This document shows positions 1-9,060 of a stretch of DNA of 42,789 nt, one piece after another. The translations under genes were made by a program, and so were the position numbers. Source of the DNA: an uncultured bacterium (GTDB taxonomy: Bacteria; Fidelibacterota; Marinisomatia; Marinisomatales; UBA1611); NCBI GenBank assembly GCA_964343085.1, contig CAYFIF010000002.1:1-42789 (forward strand). The letters are read 5' to 3'. The notes beneath the pieces were generated by a model. It was not told the origin of the DNA, ran no database searches, and was given only the letters and a program-made list of their open reading frames with translations. Numbering within the stretch: the first letter of the stretch is position 1; every line of letters starts with the position of its first letter.

Positions 1-35
1 AAATAAAGCCGATTCTAGATCCCCATTGTTCTCGA

Positions 36-455
36 TTATTCATTATTTTTTAAACCTCCCTGGTTTGAATTTTTTATATCTGTTTCCATTATTTTTTCAA
101 ATGGGTATAAATGCGCATCGACCACGGCCTCAAGCATTCCAAACATATAAATAAACCAAATCCACCATGCGTATTTATTTCTTTTTTCTAGGTACTGTCG
201 TTGGTTTAATGGTGAACTCTCGCTCCAATTGTTGAAAGCCTTTCTGTATCTGCTCCACTGCTGAATCGATGCGATCTCCAGACCCGCAACTAACGCGGCC
301 TTGAACAGTCTACCATTGTATAATTGACCACCACTAGGGACAAGCGAAAATAAAAATGCTTTTTTGGGGCTTTTTTGATTCGTTGTGTCAACAATCTGAG
401 CAAGATTGGGGTTGCAAAATAAAACCAAAATAAAGATTGCTCTTTGTAGCATCAA
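36..455 (-). CDS. DUF5683-like small membrane protein
   Basis: 139-aa ORF with an N-terminal hydrophobic signal-like stretch. SLVPSGGQLYNG and the C-terminal VVDAHL resemble the DUF5683 consensus as I recall it. 4-nt overlap (452-455) with the upstream ridA-like gene. Confidence 0.5.
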   Translation of the reverse strand: MMLQRAIFILVLFCNPNLAQIVDTTNQKSPKKAFLFSLVPSGGQLYNGRLFKAALVAGLEIASIQQWSRYRKAFNNWSESSPLNQRQYLEKRNKYAWWIWFIYMFGMLEAVVDAHLYPFEKIMETDIKNSNQGGLKNNE

Positions 456-835
456 GAAATAAAGGCTATAAAGTCCACCTCAACAGAAGCACCCAAAGGC
501 AATGCTGATACCTCTACGGTAGACCTGGCAGGAAAATCGGAACCGTTAAAATAGTGCGTAAATGCATTGTTCAAAATATTAAAGGTAGATAAGTTTGTAA
601 CATAAACCGTTAGCTTCGTTATATGCGTTCTATTTAGACCTTCGGCCTCTAAAATAGAATCAAGATTCTTTATTACTTGTTCTATTTCTTTTTCAGCTCC
701 CCCATCAACCAATTGGCCCGTTGACGGGTCTATGCCTATCTGCCCTGCACTAAAGAGGAACCCATTTACTTTGACAGCTTGACTATAAGGACCAATAGCT
801 TCTGGCGCATTTTTTGTTTTTATTATTTTCTTCAT
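452..835 (-). CDS. ridA: RidA/YjgF/L-PSP family protein
   Basis: ORF track gives 452..856. KNAPEAIGPYSQAVKVNGFLFSAGQIGIDPSTGQLV and PARSTVEVSALPLGASVEVD are near-consensus for the family. I moved the start to the ATG at 835 (MKKIIKTK...), which removes the overlap with the gene at 840..1274. Confidence 0.9.
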   Translation of the reverse strand: MKKIIKTKNAPEAIGPYSQAVKVNGFLFSAGQIGIDPSTGQLVDGGAEKEIEQVIKNLDSILEAEGLNRTHITKLTVYVTNLSTFNILNNAFTHYFNGSDFPARSTVEVSALPLGASVEVDFIAFIS

Positions 836-839
836 AGTT

Positions 840-1274
840 CTACTCAAAATTACCATTCATGAATATACAAGGTAAACCCACATCATGATTTAGCTTCCGG
901 GCTACACTGCCTGGTATAGTCCGAATAAAAAACTCACCCACAGCGGCTACAGTAGCCTCAAAGAGGTGTCCTCCTTTAGTATTCATTTCATGATCTGCAA
1001 GTGTAACATGCGCATGCGCAAATGGCTGATCGTCTTTTATGGTAATGTTCCCCTGATATGAAACCAACTCCATCACCGAATTAAAATTTTTTCTAATATA
1101 ATCCTTTCTATGAGTATCAAACGCACCTATCTCTATATTTTTGACAGCACCAATGCCAGATAACTGAGCGTTAGATATATTGTTAGCAATACAAAATTGT
1201 GTAATCTTTTCCATTATTCGTTCTTCTTTTTCAATATAAACAAAAAAGCCATCTGGAGTTTTTTCAAACTGCAT
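840..1274 (-). CDS. PPC (DUF296) domain protein
   Basis: 144 aa. The pattern ...AQLSGIGAVKNIEIGAFD...YQGNITIKDDQPFAHAHVTLADHEMNTKGGHLFEATVAAVGEFFI matches the PPC/DUF296 fold signature (two-His segment followed by GGHL). Confidence 0.75.
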   Translation of the reverse strand: MQFEKTPDGFFVYIEKEERIMEKITQFCIANNISNAQLSGIGAVKNIEIGAFDTHRKDYIRKNFNSVMELVSYQGNITIKDDQPFAHAHVTLADHEMNTKGGHLFEATVAAVGEFFIRTIPGSVARKLNHDVGLPCIFMNGNFE

Positions 1275-1278
1275 GATT

Positions 1279-3852
1279 TTAATCCTCTTCCAATAATTTA
1301 GTTATAAGATTCCTAGATTTTTCTAATGCTTCATCTACTAATTGATTATCTCGCCCGCCTGCGGTTGCGAGATGAGGTTTTCCGCCTCCACCTCCACCCA
1401 TAAATTTTCCAATATTTTTTGCCAAATCTCCCGCTAGGATACCAGAATCATTTAGACTCTTTGAGACAACAACTAGGGCAGCAGGTTTCTCCTCTCCTTC
1501 AGACATTAGAACACAGACACCATTATCTATCCGATCAGCTAGTTTATCGCCAATATTTTTTAATGCTTCTACACTAGAAATCTTTATTTTTTTTATTATA
1601 AAAATTTTATCTTTTATTCTATCCCCTTCGGAAAGCAAGTCTGCTATACTGAAGCCAGAGTCATTAGACTTTATTTTTTTTTCGAGGTCTTTTTTCTCTT
1701 TTAAAAGTGTAAATATTCTGTCCTCCATTAAATCTGGTGGGGTGTTCAATAGACTTTGAAGGGAGTTCAAAATTGAATTATTCTTTTGCATTTCTTTTAG
1801 TGATGCCTCACCAGTAAGCGCCACAATGCGCCTAACACCAGATGATAATGATGATTCTTCTATAATTTTAAATGACCCGATATCTCCAGTCCTTTCTACG
1901 TGAGTACCTCCACAGAGCTCAACAGAATAATTCCCCATCTCTACGACACGAACCTCTTCACCATACTTCTCACCAAATAATGCCTCAGCACCAGATTTTT
2001 TTGCGTCATCAAAATTTTGTATTGATACCTCTAATTTGTTATTTAAAAGAATCTGTTTATTTACCTCATTTTCAACGCATAAAATTTCATCCTTAGAAAT
2101 TTTTTCTGAGTGCGTTAAATCGAACCGTAAGTATTCAGGGTGTACTAACGAGCCAGCCTGGTTAACGTGGTCACCTAAAATATTTTTTAAAGCTCTGTGC
2201 ATTAGATGCGTGGCAGTATGGTTTTTTTGTATTGCATTTCTTCTTTCTCCATTGACTTCACAAAAAACTTGATCACCTGGCTCAAACCCTCCGCTGCATA
2301 TATGAACAATAGATTCATTTATTTTTTTTACATCTAGCACATCTAGATCAATATTTTTGCCTGAAATTTTACCTGTGTCCGCTATCTGGCCACCAGATTC
2401 AGCATAAAATGGAGTCTGATCTAATACCAGAAGAGTTTCATCATTATTAGAGGCATATTTCCGGACTACTGATTTACAGTTGATTGAATCATAGCCTAAA
2501 AATTCTGATTGGATACCTTCCGATAAAGTAACCCAATTAATTTCCTGCTCATCTATATTAAAACGGCTCGAAGCCTTAGCCCTATCTTTTTGCTCTTTCA
2601 TCAGGCTACTAAATCCATCTTCATCAACAGTAATATTTTTTTCACGCGCCATTAATTGTGTAAGATCTAGTGGAAATCCATAGGTATCATAAAGCTTAAA
2701 TGCATCCGAACCTGAAATCAGATTATCATCAATGCCCAAAATAATTTTTTCGAAATGATTTAGGCCTCTATCTAGTGTTCTATTAAAAGACTCTTCCTCA
2801 GATCGAATTACCTTTTTTATATGAGAGTTTCTATCAACAAGCTCTGGATATATACTCCCCATTACTTCAATTACAGGGTCTACAAGTTTAAATAAAAAAG
2901 GCTCCTCAAGCCCTATTATTCTTCCAAAGCGTGAGCCTCTCCTCAGTATTCTTCTGAGTACATAGCCTCGTCCTTCATTAGATGGTAGAGCTCCATCTGC
3001 AACAGAGAATGATAGCATTCTGATGTGATCCGCAATCGCCCTAAAAGGGATAGGGTTAGTCTTGTATCTATGGTCTGTCATGAATTCAATCTTGTCAATT
3101 ATTGGGGAAAACAGATCTGTATCATAATTACTTGTTTTATTCTGCAACACAGCTGCAATTCTTTCCAATCCAGCTCCGGTGTCCACATGTTTTGCTGGAA
3201 GATCCTCTAAAGTTCCATCTTTCTTACGATTGTTTTGTATAAAAACAAGATTCCACAATTCCCAATACTCCTCAGAATTGTTTACTCCTTCCGGGCTCTG
3301 TTTACTTAAATCAGGACCAATGTAATAGTGTATTTCAGAACATGGGCCACAGGGACCTGTCTCACCCATTTCCCAAAAATTATCCCTCTTACCGCACCTT
3401 AGTATTCTATCTTGTTCTATATCTGTACATTCAGCCCAGAGATCAAATGCCTCATCATCGTCAACATAGACAGTCGCCCAGAGTCTCTTTTTGTCTAGGT
3501 CCCATATATCTGTAAATAGCTCCCAGGCCCAGGTTATTGCTTCCTTTTTATAATAATCACCGAATGACCAATTACCAAGCATCTCAAAGAATGTATGGTG
3601 AAAGGTGTCTACACCAACTTCCTCTAAATCATTATGTTTACCACTAACACGAATACATTTTTGGCTATTAACCGCTCGCAGATAATCAGGATTAATCTGA
3701 TCGAGAAAAATAGGTTTAAACTGATTCATACCAGCGTTGGTAAAAAGAAGCGTCGGATCATCTATTGGAACACAGGGAGCACTACGAACAAAACTATGTC
3801 CCCTATCTTTAAAATAATTAATAAATGAATTCCTGATTTCTTTTGATCTCAT
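1279..3852 (-). CDS. alaS: alanine--tRNA ligase
   Basis: 857 aa. Class II AlaRS core (FTNAGMNQFKP, WEMGETGPCGPCSEIHY), editing-domain zinc motifs (HTATHLMHRAL, CGGTHV) and C-terminal DHHA1 motif GGGGGGKPHLATAGG. Confidence 0.97.
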   Translation of the reverse strand: MRSKEIRNSFINYFKDRGHSFVRSAPCVPIDDPTLLFTNAGMNQFKPIFLDQINPDYLRAVNSQKCIRVSGKHNDLEEVGVDTFHHTFFEMLGNWSFGDYYKKEAITWAWELFTDIWDLDKKRLWATVYVDDDEAFDLWAECTDIEQDRILRCGKRDNFWEMGETGPCGPCSEIHYYIGPDLSKQSPEGVNNSEEYWELWNLVFIQNNRKKDGTLEDLPAKHVDTGAGLERIAAVLQNKTSNYDTDLFSPIIDKIEFMTDHRYKTNPIPFRAIADHIRMLSFSVADGALPSNEGRGYVLRRILRRGSRFGRIIGLEEPFLFKLVDPVIEVMGSIYPELVDRNSHIKKVIRSEEESFNRTLDRGLNHFEKIILGIDDNLISGSDAFKLYDTYGFPLDLTQLMAREKNITVDEDGFSSLMKEQKDRAKASSRFNIDEQEINWVTLSEGIQSEFLGYDSINCKSVVRKYASNNDETLLVLDQTPFYAESGGQIADTGKISGKNIDLDVLDVKKINESIVHICSGGFEPGDQVFCEVNGERRNAIQKNHTATHLMHRALKNILGDHVNQAGSLVHPEYLRFDLTHSEKISKDEILCVENEVNKQILLNNKLEVSIQNFDDAKKSGAEALFGEKYGEEVRVVEMGNYSVELCGGTHVERTGDIGSFKIIEESSLSSGVRRIVALTGEASLKEMQKNNSILNSLQSLLNTPPDLMEDRIFTLLKEKKDLEKKIKSNDSGFSIADLLSEGDRIKDKIFIIKKIKISSVEALKNIGDKLADRIDNGVCVLMSEGEEKPAALVVVSKSLNDSGILAGDLAKNIGKFMGGGGGGKPHLATAGGRDNQLVDEALEKSRNLITKLLEED

Positions 3853-3854
3853 CC

Positions 3855-5429
3855 CTAAAACGAAAATGAAGTTTCAATACTAGTTAAATTAATTTTCTCT
3901 CCTGAATCTTTTACATCACCATCTCCATTTAGATCAAGAAATGACCTCCTAAATATATAGTTCAATATCATACCATTCCCCATTTCTATACCTACCCTGT
4001 ATCCCATAATTGTAGACTCTGTGTATTCGAATTCAAATGGGTTGGGAACATTTCTCTGCTGGTAAAACCATTTCGCAGTTTTTATTTTACTTATTGATTT
4101 TTTCAATCTAAGTGTTCCAGTAAAACTCTGGTTTGTTTCTTCTTCAAATTTTATGCCCTGCCACTGCTCACCTCGTAGGTTCTGATAGCTTAATCCAGAT
4201 TCAAGGAGAGCTCCTATATCCACCGTCAAACGGGAAAAATATCCTCTCTGTGGCCCATACTTTCCGAGTTTACTTGATTTACTTATTATTTGGTTCTGAT
4301 CTAAAAAGCTTGAAAATGTTGCCCTCTCAATCTGATAAGATCTGTTAAAATAGCCAAACTCAAAATTACCCACAGGCATCATTCTATATTCCCAGCTAAA
4401 ACGCGCAGGACCGAACTTTGCGGTCAGGCCTAAAGGGGTCAGACCAAGCCCTAGATCTTCAAATTTCTCTTTATCCGGATCAACAATGTGTTCAGGATTT
4501 TTTGTTTTACCAATCAGAGCTGCTAATTGAGCATAGAAATGAACGGATAGGCCGCCATCAGAAAATAAAGGTCTACCAAGATCAACCGCAAAAGCATGCA
4601 CAGACTCTTTCTGCTTATTTATATTTATAGGTTCAGGCTTTGTAGGCACTCCATCCGTGTCAATAACGACTCCAAACTCAGAAGTGAATGTCGGATCTGT
4701 AAGGCCATCCCCATCTACATCAAACTCATTTAAAGTGTCGCTATCTGCCAAACCATCTCCATCTGTATCAAGCCAATATGACTTATCATTGGGAAAATCA
4801 TCAACCAAGTCAGGCCTACCATCACCATCCCGATCTTTTAAACCTAGATACTGATTCCTGTCCAGACCATAAGATACTCCGAGTGTAAATCCCATTGGTA
4901 TTTGTCCAGATATACGGAAACCAGTTAAGCCAAAATTTTCTTTGAAGTCGTTAGTAAAGAAAAAAAAGTTCAGGTCAAATGCCTGAAACCTAGACTCCAT
5001 GCCTACTTTTCTGACTTGTGGATATAGAATTGAATTTGAGTAACCATTGGCGAGTATTCCATATCCCATAAAAACATTATCCAATGCCCCAATTCTAAAA
5101 TAGTAAGGATCCCATCTTTTCCCATATTTGATGTAATAAATCTTATCAAGAATAGTGTTTTTAGTTTTTTCACCTGAAGAAAAGTCCCACTCATCTTTGT
5201 GGATATTCCCATTCTGGTCAATATAAATGACTAAATCAAATGCAACAGATAACTTCCCAAATGGAAGAATAGGTCGCAAAGCAATCTGATTCCAGATTTT
5301 TCCATCAATTGTAACGGCACCAAATGCGCCCTGGACTCTTCTGGTTTCAGAGCCTACTTCTTCATCTACCTGAGCGAATATAAGCCCCGATATTAGGAAG
5401 CTGTATGATATGTGGATTATTAAACGCAA
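3855..5429 (-). CDS. outer-membrane beta-barrel protein with thrombospondin type-3-like Ca-binding repeats
   Basis: 524 aa with a signal peptide (...SGLIFAQ|VDEE). Central Asp-rich DxDxDG repeats (DRDGDGRPDLVDDFPND, DTDGDGLADSD, DVDGDGLTDP). Alternating-hydrophobic strands and a terminal ...ETSFSF (C-terminal Phe beta-signal). Confidence 0.55.
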   Translation of the reverse strand: MRLIIHISYSFLISGLIFAQVDEEVGSETRRVQGAFGAVTIDGKIWNQIALRPILPFGKLSVAFDLVIYIDQNGNIHKDEWDFSSGEKTKNTILDKIYYIKYGKRWDPYYFRIGALDNVFMGYGILANGYSNSILYPQVRKVGMESRFQAFDLNFFFFTNDFKENFGLTGFRISGQIPMGFTLGVSYGLDRNQYLGLKDRDGDGRPDLVDDFPNDKSYWLDTDGDGLADSDTLNEFDVDGDGLTDPTFTSEFGVVIDTDGVPTKPEPININKQKESVHAFAVDLGRPLFSDGGLSVHFYAQLAALIGKTKNPEHIVDPDKEKFEDLGLGLTPLGLTAKFGPARFSWEYRMMPVGNFEFGYFNRSYQIERATFSSFLDQNQIISKSSKLGKYGPQRGYFSRLTVDIGALLESGLSYQNLRGEQWQGIKFEEETNQSFTGTLRLKKSISKIKTAKWFYQQRNVPNPFEFEYTESTIMGYRVGIEMGNGMILNYIFRRSFLDLNGDGDVKDSGEKINLTSIETSFSF

Positions 5430-5595
5430 TTTTAAATAAAACTACTAATGTAATATACCTTTCGCTTATTGGATTGAACAACCGATAATTAACTTTGTTT
5501 TTAATGTAATTTGATTATAATTATTTATTATATTTTTATTTAATAAACTTAAAACAAAGTCAGGAAGGAGATCTTTTATTAAAGCTATCCATATA
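5430..5595. promoter_or_regulatory. divergent intergenic region, presumed promoters for 3855..5429 (-) and 5596.. (+)
   Basis: 166-bp very AT-rich spacer between divergently oriented genes. AGGAAGGAG at 5562-5570. No specific -35/-10 or FCB-type -33/-7 boxes could be assigned with confidence. Confidence 0.3.
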
Positions 5596-6174
5596 TTGGC
5601 TATAATTTTTATTATCCACAGTTTTATTTTTTCTGATAAAGTTTGGCTTGAAAAAGTTAAGACTGCAGATAAGCTCAATGGTATTATGATACAGCTTGAG
5701 ATGGATAATTTTCTGGATGAAAATAATATAACTGCGTGGCAAGCCAAATCAGACTGGTTCTATATAACACTTTTCAAAACTTTTACTGACACGAATAATT
5801 TAATTTTAACGACTGAATCAAAAGAGATAAGACAATTCCAGCCGATTATGAATCAAGAATCTATCCAACTTGGTTTTCATTTGAGAAATAAAATTGAATA
5901 TTTTGATATTCAGCAAGATAGGTCAAATAATATTGCTTTTGTGACTCTACATTATCCTAAGACCCATCTTTACGACCTCGTTGAGCTTAATCAAGAAGCT
6001 TTAAATAAAACTTCTATTAACTCAAGGAACAGTGTATACAAATGGTCATATATAGCAGGATTAACTCTGATTGCAAATGGACTAATTAATCAAAATAATC
6101 ATAATAATTGGCAAACGCATACAGGAATTGCTATAGTCTTTATTAGCACCTTAACAAAAATACTATTCAACTAG
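5596..6174 (+). CDS. hypothetical membrane-anchored protein
   Basis: 192 aa. The start is uncertain: TTG at 5596 in the ORF track, or an in-frame ATT at 5578 lying 7 nt after AGGAAGGAG. C-terminal hydrophobic helices (WSYIAGLTLIANGLI, GIAIVFISTLTKILF). No family recognised. Confidence 0.35.
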   Translation: MAIIFIIHSFIFSDKVWLEKVKTADKLNGIMIQLEMDNFLDENNITAWQAKSDWFYITLFKTFTDTNNLILTTESKEIRQFQPIMNQESIQLGFHLRNKIEYFDIQQDRSNNIAFVTLHYPKTHLYDLVELNQEALNKTSINSRNSVYKWSYIAGLTLIANGLINQNNHNNWQTHTGIAIVFISTLTKILFN

Positions 6175-6176
6175 CA

Positions 6177-6281
6177 ATGATCAATTCTTTAGTATATTAT
6201 GCAATTTTTTGGTTTCTAGGATTACTACTCTTGGGGATTTACACAAGAATTAAATATAGAAACAGATTTCCAAAAAAATAA
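6177..6281 (+). CDS. possible 34-aa small membrane protein (below ORF-track cutoff)
   Basis: My translation is MINSLVYYAIFWFLGLLLLGIYTRIKYRNRFPKK*. The ATG lies 2 nt after the stop of 5596..6174, and its TAA shares one base with the ATG of 6281..7939 (TAATG). One TM helix plus a basic tail. Confidence 0.25.
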   Translation: MINSLVYYAIFWFLGLLLLGIYTRIKYRNRFPKK

Positions 6282-7939
6282 TGCAAACATTAAATAAATG
6301 CCTCTTGATTTTTTCTTTAGCAATAGGAAAAAATATATCACCTCTTGATTCTTGGTCTGTACTTTTCGAATCGGAGGATAAAGTTCATGCTACTCCACAT
6401 ATTACAAATATCATTCGAACTAATCCGGCTCATTTCACACACAGTCAAATAGAAGAACTCAAATCATTAAATATATCTATTGAAAATAATAATTTTTTAA
6501 TCGAACGCCCGGAAGGACTTAATGAGTCTCATGTTACTAATCATTTTAAATTCCATTACACATTAGGTAATTCATATGATGCGATAGATAACATTAATTA
6601 TGTGATATCTATGGGTGAAGTTTTTGAAAATGTGTGGAGTTTTTATATAGATAGCCTTGGATATTTACCACCAGTACCAGATCAAATGATAGGTGGCTCT
6701 AATCTATATGATATATATCTACTTAATCTTCCGTCTGGCTATTTTGGAATAACATACACATCTGCCGCAGCCACTGAAAACCCAAGCTGCGCTAGTTTCA
6801 TAAAAATGCGGAACTCATATAGTTCCTCCTTATTTAGTGATCATTCTGAGTTGGAGAATATACAAGTGACTGCAGTTCATGAATTTTTTCATGCAATACA
6901 GTTTAGCTATAATTGTTATGAAAAACTCTGGTTCATGGAAGCAACTGCAGTTTGGGCTGAAGATGAACTATATGATGATATAAATGACCACTACAGGTAT
7001 ATGCCAACATGGTTCTCTAACCCTGGAAAGCCTCTAAATTACACATACGGGATTCACATGTATGGGACATTTATATTTTTCCAATATATTGATGAACATT
7101 TAGGTGGGCCTCAAACAATAAAACAGTGCTGGGAAAAATCAAATGAAAACTCTACTTATATTGGTGATAATAGTTATCTTTCTATTGATGAGGCATTAAA
7201 AAACCAAAATTCAAGTTTAGATGATGCATATAATCGAATGAGAATCGCCAATAGAATTATGTCGTCAAACTTTAACGCAGGAATTTATAGATACGAAGAG
7301 GCAAATGATTATCCAGTTGAATTGCCTGAAATAAAAGAATTTATTAATTATGATTTGGGTGACTACAAAAGCTACACGAGCTCAGAATTAAATCTCTTCA
7401 GCACCCATTACATTGAGCTCTCTACAGATGTTCCAGTCGTTATATCTTTAAATAATGAATCAGGGCCAATCTCTGATTTATCATTATTCACTGTATTAAA
7501 ATATGATGATATACCACGCTGGTCTGTGAGAAGCAATAATGAAATTAACATAGACCCTTTAGTCGGTGTTGATTACATATCAATAATAGTCTCAGCAACA
7601 GATGATATTGAAAAAAATTGGGATTATTCATTAACTATTAAGGATGGACATAGAGAAGATTTTACATTCTATGACCCATACCCTAACCCTGGAAGTTCAA
7701 AATATCCGATAAACATTGACCTCCAGGTTATTGAGCCACAAAATCTATTTATAAAAATTTTTGATGTTTTGGGCCAGCAGATCTGGTCTATGGATAAAAA
7801 AGTATCAGAAGCTGGCTTATTATCCGTAGCCTGGTCAGGGAAGAATCAAAATAAGAAAAATATATCCAGCGGAGTCTATTTCATATATGCGAAAGGTGAA
7901 CATAATTCCTTCACCAAGAAAGTGACATTTATTAAATAA
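6281..7939 (+). CDS. secreted HExxH zinc metalloprotease with T9SS C-terminal sorting domain
   Basis: 552 aa. HEFFH at nt 6878-6892, followed by WFMEATAVWAEDE (gluzincin-like Glu context). The last ~90 aa (YPNPGSSKYPINIDL...VYFIYAKGEHNSFTKKVTFIK) are a type-A T9SS CTD. Confidence 0.7.
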   Translation: MQTLNKCLLIFSLAIGKNISPLDSWSVLFESEDKVHATPHITNIIRTNPAHFTHSQIEELKSLNISIENNNFLIERPEGLNESHVTNHFKFHYTLGNSYDAIDNINYVISMGEVFENVWSFYIDSLGYLPPVPDQMIGGSNLYDIYLLNLPSGYFGITYTSAAATENPSCASFIKMRNSYSSSLFSDHSELENIQVTAVHEFFHAIQFSYNCYEKLWFMEATAVWAEDELYDDINDHYRYMPTWFSNPGKPLNYTYGIHMYGTFIFFQYIDEHLGGPQTIKQCWEKSNENSTYIGDNSYLSIDEALKNQNSSLDDAYNRMRIANRIMSSNFNAGIYRYEEANDYPVELPEIKEFINYDLGDYKSYTSSELNLFSTHYIELSTDVPVVISLNNESGPISDLSLFTVLKYDDIPRWSVRSNNEINIDPLVGVDYISIIVSATDDIEKNWDYSLTIKDGHREDFTFYDPYPNPGSSKYPINIDLQVIEPQNLFIKIFDVLGQQIWSMDKKVSEAGLLSVAWSGKNQNKKNISSGVYFIYAKGEHNSFTKKVTFIK

Positions 7940-8776
7940 TCAAATTTCTTTTAGCTCAATTTTTATATTTTGGATTATTCTTTTGTATTCTTTTTTATAT
8001 TGAGTGTATAATATTTCAAAATCAGGCTTTTTTTCTCCTATTCCCTGTATATATACCCATCCCCCAATCTCACTTAATGCGATGCTATCTGACTTGGTTA
8101 CGAAAGATTCAATATCATCAAGCCTTTTGTTAAATCTATTCATTCTCCTTGCTAATTTTCTTATATTTTTTTTATCATTTGAATTATCAAATATCATTTT
8201 GTTTAATTCAATTTCAAATTTGTTAATACTCTCCGCCAGTTCAGACCTTTGAAGAGATAATTGAAAGAAATCATTTTTCCATTGATTTGTTTTATCATTT
8301 ATAAATACAATTTTTTTCCAATCTCGCATTAACCCCCTTCCAAGACCTTTTTTAGATTTTTCATATTCTGTTTTAGACTTTTCAAAATCATCAAATATAA
8401 AACCTATTTTCTGATCATATGTAGTTTGATCATCTATATTCGATTGTAAACTATCCGTTTCTGATGATTCTAAATCTTTAAAAATATCCTTAATTTGGTC
8501 TCTGTATCTTTTTACATCGTGTATGATATCAGTCATGGACTGAAAATTTTCATTGAGAATCTCGTAGACAGAAGGATTATTTATTAGATAATACCTTTTT
8601 TGTTTTTTAATTGGTTTTTGGAGTCTAGAAATTTCAGTCTCACTATCATCTATCCAGTCTATTACATTTAGAAGCTTTGCTTTTACTGAATAGATACTAC
8701 TAGGTTTATTTATTTTCCGACCAAAACAGTCCAGACATATCAATAAAACTGAAAATAAAAATGTTACTCTACGCAA
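7940..8776 (-). CDS. hypothetical secreted coiled-coil protein
   Basis: 278 aa with an N-terminal signal-like segment (FLFSVLLICLDCFG). The remainder is Lys/Glu/Asp/Ile-rich with heptad-like character. No family recognised. Confidence 0.45.
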   Translation of the reverse strand: MRRVTFLFSVLLICLDCFGRKINKPSSIYSVKAKLLNVIDWIDDSETEISRLQKPIKKQKRYYLINNPSVYEILNENFQSMTDIIHDVKRYRDQIKDIFKDLESSETDSLQSNIDDQTTYDQKIGFIFDDFEKSKTEYEKSKKGLGRGLMRDWKKIVFINDKTNQWKNDFFQLSLQRSELAESINKFEIELNKMIFDNSNDKKNIRKLARRMNRFNKRLDDIESFVTKSDSIALSEIGGWVYIQGIGEKKPDFEILYTQYKKEYKRIIQNIKIELKEI

Positions 8777-8793
8777 ATAAACTAAACCATATT

Positions 8794-9033
8794 CTATCTA
8801 TTTAATTTTCCATCTCTATCCAAAACTAGTAGATCATCAAACCCGCCTATAGTTCTCCCATCGATAACAATTTGAGGAACTGTTCTTCCCCCAGTTTTTT
8901 CAAAAAGATCATCTCTAGTCCATCCAATTTCTTCTATATCTACTTCTGTAAAATTAAGACCCCTACTATTTAATAATTGCTTTGCATTATTACACGGGCC
9001 ACACCAACTTGTTGAGTAAACTGTTATTTTCAT
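8794..9033 (-). CDS. glutaredoxin-like protein with CGPC active site
   Basis: 79 aa. MKITVYSTSWCGPCNNAK...GGRTVPQIVIDGRTIGGFDDL shows the glutaredoxin fold landmarks (TVP cis-Pro, GGxDD). Confidence 0.85.
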   Translation of the reverse strand: MKITVYSTSWCGPCNNAKQLLNSRGLNFTEVDIEEIGWTRDDLFEKTGGRTVPQIVIDGRTIGGFDDLLVLDRDGKLNR

Positions 9034-9060
9034 ATTGTTTATCCATTTTTGAATTTATAA

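Noticed and set aside
1381-1400. A G/C-rich tract (ccgcctccacctccaccc) as a possible slippage site or repeat.
   Set aside because: It encodes the conserved GGGGGG of the AlaRS C-terminal DHHA1 motif. The codons are mixed and the tract is not a homopolymer.
5466-5747. Minus-strand ORFs of 93 and 60 aa in the divergent intergenic region.
   Set aside because: Their Ile/Asn/Lys/Leu-dominated sequence is what an AT-rich spacer produces. They overlap the 5' end of the plus-strand gene at 5596, and they have no motif or SD.
5596-6174. An AMIN-domain-like assignment for the 192-aa protein.
   Set aside because: There is only a vague alternation of beta-strand-like segments and no diagnostic motif. 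I left it as hypothetical.
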